From NCBI GenBank assembly GCA_951406725.2, contig OX597815.1:66650001-66714000 (forward strand): 64,000 nucleotides of DNA. The letters run 5' to 3'. Of this stretch, positions 53,556-64,000 are shown piece by piece (position 1 is the first letter of the stretch; every line of letters begins with the position of its first letter). A model generated the notes under the pieces. The model was not told the DNA's origin. It did not search any database and saw nothing but the letters and a program-made list of their open reading frames with translations. A program made the position numbers and the translations under genes. The DNA is from Octopus vulgaris (lineage: Eukaryota).

Positions 53556-53871
53556 CAGTGGTACTCGACCGGTTTTTACCCATGGACCTTATGTTACTGT
53601 GGTGGACGCCCATAGCCATTCGATGTTTAAAAACTAGTTTTATAGATATTTCTTTCAAAATTCCTATTTTGCTTCTCACACATGAACTTGTGTAGGTTGA
53701 ACTATCCAAAACGTCAAAGATAGGAATCTTGCTGTTTCTTGCAAAAAATTTTTCATGAACCCTTAATATACTTCTGTGGGTTCCCAATTTACTATTTTTC
53801 TTGCATAGCCCCCGCAAAAAATTTTATGTGGCTCTCCTAGGGGTCATATGGACCCCAATTGAGAACCACTG
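53556..53871. mobile_element. hAT (Charlie-like) MITE
   Basis: TIRs cagtggtactcga and ttgagaaccactg. The 8-bp TSD ctctagat/ctcgagat matches the NTCTAGAN preference. A partial related copy lies at about 21315-21395. Confidence 0.85.
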
Positions 53872-54157
53872 CTCGAGATCCTACAACAGAAAAACAAAAA
53901 CTATTTCACCAAGATGGCTACGAGAGCAATGAGTCGATAGTTGTTGAGACACTTTGTTGAGACGTACCACTAAAAACGGCTTTTTTTTTACCACAGAGGT
54001 GATGGATATTTTAAAGCTTTTGAAGTCATGTGCAGGGCTAGGGAGGAGTTAAATAATAGCTCCGTAAAGACAGGGTCGAGTAGTTCTGTACCGAGTTTGT
54101 CTAACTCGAGATAGAAGGATAGCAACTGGGTTTGCTGCTTTCCTAGAATTTGCCCTT

Positions 54158-54193
<36 letters not shown>

Positions 54194-56190
54194 AAACTTT
54201 CTGTTTCTCGCTCTCTTTCTCTCTCTCTCTCACATACACACTCATACACACACTCACACATATAAATATATGTATGTACGCATTATTTGCACCAATCTTT
54301 TAAAACGCAAGTGGGTGGTTGCAGAGAGTAATGTCAAATGAATTAAGTTGATGGTTGCTCGTGACATTAAAGCAGTGCAATGGGGGGAAGATTATATAAT
54401 CTTCATTTCTGTTGCTAATTTTTTTCTTTTTATATTTATATTTTTATTTATTTACAGTTACCAATCCTTACCATTCCATAAAATATATAAATTTCTCTGG
54501 CTTACTTTCTTTTCTAGTTTCTCTCAGCAGATTCTGTACAAGGGTCTGGGTCATTTTAATGCTTTCCAAAGGGAATGGTTACTTTAAGGGTATTCAAGTG
54601 ACGAACTTCTGTTTTCCTTTGATATTCTAATTAAACCGGGGTTCGGTAAGAATTTAATAGTTTGTAGGATGGATGTATCAACACGATATTTAACATTACC
54701 GAATAATTAGATAGTAATGTTCGTCTGAATCTAAATCAACCAAAGTATTATTCTTGAATGTGAAACCCAGAGGTGGAGCTAAAAGACTTCTCTTCAGCTG
54801 ACAGGCGGCGCCCTCTGTTTCGCCACTGAACAGTTTCACTCTTTGACTTGTAGTAATTAGTCTGAGATTGACTGAGGTGATTAGCAACACACACGAGCGC
54901 GTACATGTGTATGCATACGCGTCTGTATGTACACCTCTCTCTCTCTCTGTCTCTCTCGCTGTTTATACATATATGTATGTATGTATGTATTTATAATAAC
55001 ACAAATGGGCTAAGGTTCACTAAAGTTGTTTCTGATGTGTTTTTATTGATGAATAAATCAATTATATCATATAATAAAAACAATTTCCTTCAGGTGAATT
55101 AAAATAAAAATAAAATGTAACATTTCGGATTTTTTACACAAATAGTGTAGAATGCATACCATGGTGTCTCTATTATTAAGATATCTCGATTTTTTGGGAG
55201 CTGCAAATAATTATTATATATGTATGGAGAGAGAGGGAGAGAGAGAGAGAGAGAGAAAAGCAATAGTCATAATAACAACAACAACAACCAATAGCAATAA
55301 CAACACAGCAACAACAACAACAGCAATAACAATAGCAACAACAAAGCAACCACCAAATTTGATCTATCTCAAAGTACTTTAAAAATAAAATAAAAAGCCC
55401 CTAAGGAGTTCGGAAGCATTTTTACACCCCAGTTAATTTCATACGCCAACTCAACCAATATGGAGTAGAATTCGACAAGAAGTATAACAGCTTTTTCTCC
55501 ACTTAAACGTGGATGTTCTATTAGAACAAAATATACTGCGGTAGTTACCATGAGAAACACTTTCATATTGGCTTTTTGGTGCAAAATGCATTCTTGTTTA
55601 TATCGATAGCGGGGAGAAAATTCCTGCCGCCTCCAGCGTTGAGATCACAAGGTCACGTGATTTCGACCTTGTTTGGTGTTGTCAATGATGGACTCTCGAC
55701 TGCTAGAAGTAGTAGCAATTCATCTCCCCGTCAGCGATATATAGATTAACAGTGAAAGAACAGGCAATTAGCCAGTTAACTTATTAAAAAATATATAAGC
55801 GACAGAGGCAGCATTAATACCAAGAGGTAATATTTATTCTCACTTGAACGTGAATGTTCAGCTTTATTAAAACAGCTTCACTTTCTTCTCTATCTAAGTC
55901 TTTAGTCTATATGGAGGGAAAAGGTTTTGTAAGAAAAGTGAAATTGGATAATGTGACGTATAAGCTATTCGTTAACTCAATAAGGGTTTTAATGACGTCA
56001 ACACTGCAATCTTGTAGCTTTAATCGTCTAACGAATTGGGGTCACGAACTCGGACTGTCACTGTTAGCTTATCTTCTATCACACAATTTGAATTTAAAAA
56101 GAGAAATCGTGGCAGAAAGTAATTAACACTCTCTCTCTCCCTCCCTATTTCTCTCTGCCTTTCTCTCTCCCACACACACTCTCTCTTTCT

Positions 56191-56270
<80 letters not shown>

Positions 56271-56860
56271 GTAATATGATATAATAAATGCGAAAAATAA
56301 TTTCTGTGTGTCAGTGTGTCACACTTTGACCCTCTCTCTCACTATTCAATGACACTTCCTCGTGCTGGGATGAGAGTAATAGTAGGTAGGTATAGAGACC
56401 GTGAGGGTGGTGGTGAAGACAGAGAGAGGAGAGAGAGAGAGAAAGAAAGAAAAGTGAAGGAAAGAAAGAGGGACAAAGAAATTTAGGGAGTGTTGATGCT
56501 TTAATAAAAGTAGTAGTGTTGATAGTGGCAATGGGAGTAATAATAAGAGAGAGAGAGAGAGAGAGTGGGGTATGTGAGAGAAAGAGGGAGGTGATGTACA
56601 ACTTCTCTGGACAGAAATTCCTGTGGCCAGCATACTGAACCAACAACTGAACACTATCATTTTTGTTTTATTTTTTGCTTTCTTTAATACATATACATAT
56701 ATATGTGTGTGTGTGTGTGTACATATATGCATACACACACACACATTTTAATAATACATGAGTATTCATGTGCATGTGTATATGAGTTTGTGCGTATATA
56801 TGTTTAGTTTATTAGCATATGTATTTGTGACTGTATCTGTGTGATTATGTATGTCTGCGC

Positions 56861-56893
<33 letters not shown>

Positions 56894-56898
56894 ATATA

Positions 56899-56964
<66 letters not shown>

Positions 56965-56967
<3 letters not shown>

Positions 56968-57283
56968 CTTTCATTTAAAGCAGCAGAAAATTCAACAAAA
57001 CCTGTTACTCTGAGTTTCCACAAGTTGCCGTCATCATCGGACAGTTTTTCTAGTGGTAGAGTAATATGCTTTATTTAAAGCAGCGCGAAAATTCAACAAA
57101 ACAAGACGTTACAATGAGTTTCTGCAAAATTCATCGGACAGTTTTGCTAGAAAAGCTGTCACGATGAACGGCAACGAAAACTCAGCCTTTTTTTTTCTGC
57201 TGCATAAATAAACATATTACTCTACCACTGCAAAAATAAAAACTCTTTTTCCACCTTGTTTCACATTTATGTGTTTACTCCGA

Positions 57284-57336
<53 letters not shown>

Positions 57337-58214
57337 CAATAATAAATCGTGCGCGTGTATTTGTAACTGTGTGTGCACAACGTAAGGGGATGATTGTAGT
57401 GTAGGGACAGGGCGCTTGCGTGCGTGCGTGCGTGCGTGTGTGCGTGTGTGTGTGTGTGTGTGATATCAACGTGTCACCAGAAGGTACACCATCGTGATGG
57501 ATTGTAATCTGAATAAAGGACATTGACATTTTAACACCCATCATGATGTTACAATAAAGGTGAGATAATAATTTTTAATGACGACAACGAAAGGTGTGCA
57601 CACTGGAAAAAGTAATCAATTCTAGCCGAACGAATTCTTGCGCCAGTTTTCGATTCTTGGTCAAGTTGGTTCATATTATTTACGTTGTCCATCTTCATAC
57701 CTGTCTTATAAAACTGGAGAGGATTGGTAGTCAGAAGACCTAATGTTTGCGACATACATTTGATTCTTCTCTTATCTTTTGTTTATACTTGTTGCAGTCA
57801 TTGTATTGCTGTCATGCTGGAGCACTGTCTTACCAGGATTTTTAAAGTAGAACAGATCAAACATAGTATTAACTTCTTCGAGGTCGGATGACTTATTCTT
57901 ATATGCTTTGCGGGCAAACAAGGACACCGATATGGTGTCAGAAATGATCGCCTCAACAAAACCTGTTTGGCTGATCCCCCTTACGTTATATATATATATA
58001 TATATATACTTTATTTACAGCAGCAGAAAATTCAACAAAACCTGAAGTTTCCCGTTCGTTCATCGGACAGTTTTTCTAGAAAAGCTGTCCGATGAACGGT
58101 TATGAAACTCAGAGTGTGGATTTTGTTGAATTTTCTGCTGCTTTAAATAAAGCATATTACTCTACTACTGGTATTTGAGTACTCTTTTTTCCACACACAT
58201 TTATGTGTTTACTC

Positions 58215-58277
<63 letters not shown>

Positions 58278-58403
58278 ACATATGCAGTGCGCGTGTATTT
58301 GTATGTGTGTGCACACAAATGATTGTAGTGTAGGAGTGCGTGCTTGCGTGTGTGTGTGTGTGTGTGTGTGTCTGTCTGTGTGTCTGTGTGTGTGCGTGCG
58401 TGC

Positions 58404-58472
<69 letters not shown>

Positions 58473-58900
58473 GCGTGTCAAAAGGTACCTCGTGATGGAT
58501 TGTAATCTGAATAAAGGACATTGACATTTTAACCCCATCATGATGTTACAATAAAGAGTAAGATAATAATTCTTAATGACGACAGAGAAAGGTGTGCATA
58601 TTGGAAAGAAGTAATCAATTCTAGCCGAATCAATTCTTGCGCCATACTTTCGATTCTTGGTCAAGTTGGTTCATATAATTTATTTCCATCTTCATACCTG
58701 TCTTATAAAACTGGAGAGGATTGGTAGTCGGAAGACCTAATGTTTGCGACATACATTTGATTCTTTTCTTTATCTTTTGTTTTACTTGTTGCAGTCATTG
58801 TATTGCTGCCATGCTGGAGCACTGTCTTGAAGGATTTTTTAAGTAGAACAGATCAAACATAGTATTAACTTTTCAAGGTCGGATACTTATTCTATCGGTC
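56965..58900 (+). repeat. About 1-kb tandem duplication with an indel-rich first copy
   Basis: gtgatggattgtaatctgaataaaggacattgac occurs at 57494 and 58492, with colinear flanks. Confidence 0.85.
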
Positions 58901-59165
58901 CATTTTGCCGAAACACTATCTTTCGTGGACGTAAACAAAGTAATATCGGTTATGAAGAGTGTGGATACAAACACAAACCTAAACACACACACACACACAC
59001 ACACACAACGGGCTTCTACATAGCTTCCATCTACCAAATTCACTCATAATGCATCGGTTGGCCGGAGCGTATAGTAAAAGGCTCGTGCCGAAAGTGTCAC
59101 ACAGTGGAACTCGAACTGACATGGTTGCAAAGCGAGCTTCTTACCAACACAGCCATGCCTGCACC
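58770..59165 (-). mobile_element. SINE family A
   Basis: Tail, core and head motifs present. Confidence 0.75.
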
Positions 59166-59560
59166 TCGTGGTCAAGTTATTTCATTGAATTTATTCCATT
59201 TTCATACTTTAAAAAATCTTTTTTTAAATAAAACTGGGGAGGATTGATAGCCGGAAAGTTGCCTAGCGCGGAAAAAGACTTTAATAGTGATTCTAAGTCC
59301 ACAGATATTATTGGAAAACGGTTAGGTTGACTCCGGAGAATATTTAATTAAAGAAATAAGAAACATTTATTTACAAGAAATTTCGAACGTCATTTAAGAA
59401 CACACATGTACACACATACATACATACGTACATACACGTATATATACATGCATTCCTATATGCATATGTATATGTGTGTATATACGCACATACATACAAC
59501 TGGAATCCTCGACGTCGTAAACGACGGAGTGCCATTTTTATATATGCACACACACTTACA

Positions 59561-59658
59561 TACTACTACTACTACTACTACTACTACTGCTACTACTACT
59601 ACTAATGCTATTGCCGCTACTACTGCTGCTGCTACTACTACTACTACTACTACTATTG

Positions 59659-59725
<67 letters not shown>
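59561..59725. repeat. (TAC)n microsatellite
   Basis: Direct inspection. Confidence 0.95.
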
Positions 59726-59899
59726 ATGTTCTTTTAATTTTGTTTCCATTTCTTGCTGAGTATTTTCCCGGCACCTTGGGTAAAGAAATTCACTGAATAG
59801 GCCATTAAAATAAACACATCAGATTGTTCATTTACAAAATCAAATAAGGTAATGTGAAAGAAAAAAAATTACATGACTGGTAATCGTCCTCACAGCAAC

Positions 59900-60300
59900 A
59901 ACGTTCTCAGTATGTATGACGAACCAGCTAAAACTATCTTTCGCACTTCTTGTAAGGATGGCAAGCCAGGGATCATTATAAAAAAAATTCAGTTCCTTTT
60001 TTGGTCAGTCCAAGTTCCCCTACAATCACTGGTATTGCAACCGCCTTGAAATACCACATGTTTTCGATTTCAATGAGCAAATCTTTATACTTTATGAGCT
60101 TCTCAAATTCTTTTGCTGAGATATTATGATGACGAGGAATACTCATGCCGATGAATAAATAGAATTCGTTCATTTTCGTCTTTCACAGCAATGTTTGGTT
60201 TATTAAATTTGGTGGTTCTGTCTGTATGTACTGGAAAGTCCCAGCTACAATCTCAGGATGGTGTTTATATCACTTGTCGATAGTTTTGATTTTCTAGGTT
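59900..60300 (-). mobile_element. R4/Dong-like RLE LINE 3' fragment
   Basis: WDFPVHTDRT, KPNIAVKD, MSIP..NISAKEFEKLIKYKDLLIEIENMW..IPVIVGELG. Confidence 0.8.
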
Positions 60301-61356
60301 TGATTCGGTCCCACGCAACTTCTCAGATTACATACCACAAATGAAAACGCACCTAGATAAGCCCCATCCTAACATTACAGACTGTAACTACGAAAGTTTA
60401 ACTTGCTCGCTTAGAGGATCTTGCCCCTCCAAAACAGTGATATTCAAATTATCTATAACACTTTTCGAAGGTAATGAAAGTATTATAACGAGACTTGCCA
60501 CGAAGACTTTCAGGTTCTAAGCCTTGTCTCAATTTTCTTGGAAATTCTGGGTTTGTGAACCGGATAGAACCCAATAGCATGGAAATGCTACTCTGTAATG
60601 TGATAGAGCCCGAAACTGTGGGCTTTGAAAAATTTCAAATATTTTAACAACCTGCTGTAGCACTTAATCAGAGACAGAAATATCTACTTGTCATCACAGG
60701 AGACAATTTCTCTTGGAAAACTTCATGCTCCCGTGCCTCGTGACGGCTGCAAGACTGAACTGAGTGATATTTCTCTAAATACCACAATAGTCTAGCTAGT
60801 AACAACCATGTCTCTGAAATGCTACGTATTCTACCACCTTGCCTCTCTTGACCAAAGAGAATAGTTTGGCGATGTATTCTGCCAATACACCGCTTCATTC
60901 ACCAAATATTGCCTGAACGAGTGTACGAGTACAATTAGATGTATATGAAACTCGGAGTAGTAACGGAACGAATCATCAACTGAGTCCCAAAAATAAACAT
61001 GTACTGAAAACCTTTTCATTCGTTTACGATAAAAAAGCAGAATGTGGGGGGGTGTAAAGGCGCGTGGCCTAGTAGTTAGGGGTATTGCACTCATGTTCGT
61101 GAGATTGAGGCTTTGATTCTCAAACCGGTTGCTTGTTGTGTGCTTGCGCAAAACACTTCATTTCAACTTGCTCCAGTTTACTCAGCAGCTGTAAATGGAT
61201 AAACCTACGACTGACTAACTTTCTCATTAGGAGGAAGGTTAGCCAGCTCGCCTAGCCAGCAGGTGACATTATTCGAAAGCTAAATCAATGCGAAATGCAT
61301 TGTAACCAGCGATATGTAACAACGTCCGATAGTCTGGTCAATACCGTAATACTGTA

Positions 61357-61387
<31 letters not shown>

Positions 61388-61479
61388 TATATACATACAT
61401 ATATTGAGGGGATAAATATAATCCTACCTATCACCTCCATTAGCACATCCTGCCGGATCTTGGCTAACATAGACAATAT

Positions 61480-62560
61480 CCACCTCACTTATCGACGAGG
61501 GAATTAAACGTGCCAAACAATTAGACATGAAAACACGAAAGCACTAAGAACAACAAAACATAACACCACACCTCATCTCAAAACATTACTATTTATATCA
61601 ACACACAACCCCAGAAATAGTGAGGCATTCAACACAATTGTGCAAAATCTGCCTTTACTAACTAGAGATCCAAAAACGAACGACATCCTGAAAACACACA
61701 AACTCATCAAATGCAAAAAGCAAGACAAATCGCTAAAGAGACTACTAACAAATGCGAAGTTTTACAAAACAACCACGAAACGAACGGTTGAAAAATGTGG
61801 ACGCCAAAACTGTGGAACCTGCCCCAATCTACTTGAAGGCTCGGATTTCCTTTTCAAACAAGGACAGAGGTTCACAATTAAAACTAGTTTATGTAATAAA
61901 CTGCTCAGGTTGCGGACACAACTATATTGGACAGACGAGTATGACTTTGATAAAGGGAACCACTCTACATAAAGAGCAAATGCGTTTCCCGCAATACAAG
62001 CAAATTCCTCTCAGTGAACATATAGGAAGATGTGCAGATAACATCAAACCAAATTTCACAGTCTTCCCCTTCTACCAGTGCAAAGACACAATCTCTCCAC
62101 AAGAACGTTTAAATAAACTTTTTTCATTGAAAAATACAGAACACGTCTTAATATGCACACATAACCAACTTTTATCTTTTTACATATTTCAATTCACGAT
62201 TACATCACTATACATAAATCCCCTCACTAAACAAGTTTTTCGAAACCTTTTTTTGTCTGTACATATATATTCCCCTCCCCTTACCTCCCTTGCCCACAAC
62301 AATAACAATAATAACGATAACCAATTACCTCCCCTTATTTTCTACTTGTGAAGTCATTCACTCGTAAATATCATCACATGCAACATGGACAAAATTTCTT
62401 CTTAAGAAAGTACATATTCAAATAAGTAAAATATAATATCATGAATAGCAATAGCGAAACCGGTCGATATATTAAAAATTATATTAAAACTGTGTAAAGT
62501 GTGCGTATTTTCCTTTTTTAATTTCTTATATACATTATGACTCACCACGTGGGGATAATC
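61480..62560 (+). mobile_element. Penelope-like retroelement 3' remnant (linker + GIY-YIG endonuclease + pLTR)
   Basis: FISTHNPRN...KCGRQNCGTCPNL (Cys linker), then after a frameshift VYVINCSGCGHNYIGQT (GIY-YIG) and PLSEHI. A decayed HHR lies downstream. Confidence 0.85.
62436..62470 (+). ncRNA. Decayed Penelope-pLTR hammerhead
   Basis: AUAUC-AUGAAUA-GC-AAUA-GC-GAAA-CCGG-UC-GAUAU followed by attaaa. It lies about 300 bp downstream of the GIY-YIG remnant, and the first core box is mutated. Confidence 0.55.
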
Positions 62561-63167
62561 GAAATTCCTCTTTTCTGTAATATATATATATATATTAATC
62601 TTAGGTAACAACATCTGCATCTATAATTAGCAGAGATAAAGGCATCCCGAATATTTTAGCAAGTTTAAAGTGATTTCTTTTGTGCTGTAACCCATTTACC
62701 ATTTCTGGGGTGCCCCTTCATTCCCTTGATGCCCTAAGCACGTGTTTATTTTGCTTAACGCTTAATCCATTTTGCTTAATGCTTAGCCCTTACTGTTTGT
62801 TTTCATTGTCCTGTTTTTGTTACCACCTTTGACTCTCCGCAAATCCCAAATTTTATTTTGCTTTGCGGGATCAACTGCCTTCTCGAAGACACATCTTGTC
62901 ATAATTGCTCGAAATGTGGAGTAAACAGCCGACAACTGATGAAGGGTCGTTCTTTACGTCACTTATCTTGTTTTCCATTTGTTTCTCTCGTTGTTCGCAA
63001 AAAAATTCGTATTCCATGTATTTCATGTTGTTTATATTTTATGACCTCCTGTACCCATATATGCATATGTATATACATATATAAGTATGTACCTATATGT
63101 ATATATGCATATATATATATTATTTATATTATTATATGATTGAACGAATAGCATCCATTTCCAAGAA

Positions 63168-63285
<118 letters not shown>

Positions 63286-64000
63286 ACAGGCTTCTTTCAC
63301 TTTCCGTCTAATAAATCCACTCACAAGAATTTGGTCAGCCCGAGGCTATAGGAGGCTATAGGAGAAGACACTTGCCCAAAGTGCTACGCAGTTGAACTGA
63401 ACCCAGTACCGTGTACGTGTGTGTATGCAAGCTTACACACACATACATACACACGATCACATCCAACGTGCTTTCAGAAATGGATTAAAGGGTACTTTTC
63501 CATTTCATTGAATCAATTTAAATCCCTTACGTACATACATACAGATACACACACACACACACACCCGCACCTCTTTCCCGTGTATTGACGTCATACCTGT
63601 TGATATTTCCCCTAAATATATCTGATTTTTCTCATAGTCTGACGATGATTAACGAATTTTTCCGATGAGGCGGTGTAGCAACAGGCTGGAGGCGTGAAGA
63701 GAGTTACAGTTCTATATTTTAGCACTTCTAATTAAATATTTATGTCGACGAGTGTCCTTCTGTAAGTGTGCTAGTAGTGTGATTCTTGATTCTTAAGTAT
63801 GTGCGTGTTGTGTGCAAATATCTTGTGTGAGTATATTTTGTGTCTGCTAATAAATATGTATGTGTGTATGTCTGTTTTTGTGCTTGCGTGTCTATGAAAG
63901 AGAGAGTGTGTGTGTGTGAGAGAGAAAGAGAGAGAGAGTATAAGTGAGTGAGAAGAGCCATTTCTGTCGTCTGCTTCCGAGTGTATGGATGTGTGTATGT

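Noticed and set aside
55610-56650. Possible promoter or first exon (GTCACGTGA E-box, repeat-poor stretch)
   Set aside because: A single short motif, with no supportable splice structure or ORF.

Overview
AT-rich eukaryotic non-genic or intronic DNA, packed with microsatellites ((TA)n, (CA)n, (TACA)n, (GATA)n, (GTA/GTG)n) and transposon debris. The tRNA-derived SINE families look like those of Octopus (inferred by eye, no search run). No intact host protein-coding gene is supportable, and almost all listed ORFs are microsatellite artefacts. Recognisable remnants include RTE, CR1-like, HERO-like, R4-like and Tx1-like LINEs, a Penelope GIY-YIG element, four Tc1/mariner relics, a hAT MITE, a solo-LTR-like element and many SINEs. 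The main discovery is a young head-to-tail array of 3.2 copies of a 353-bp non-coding unit (39095-40226). Each full unit carries a complete type I hammerhead ribozyme (HHR) on the minus strand, which is the architecture of a non-LTR retrozyme (circular-RNA retroelement). A diverged relative at about 22012-22223 keeps the same fold through compensatory base changes and sits directly behind a Tx1-like LINE 3' end. Several other unrelated HHR or HHR-like motifs occur in fold-back elements inserted in (TA)n. Boundaries of degenerate elements are approximate.
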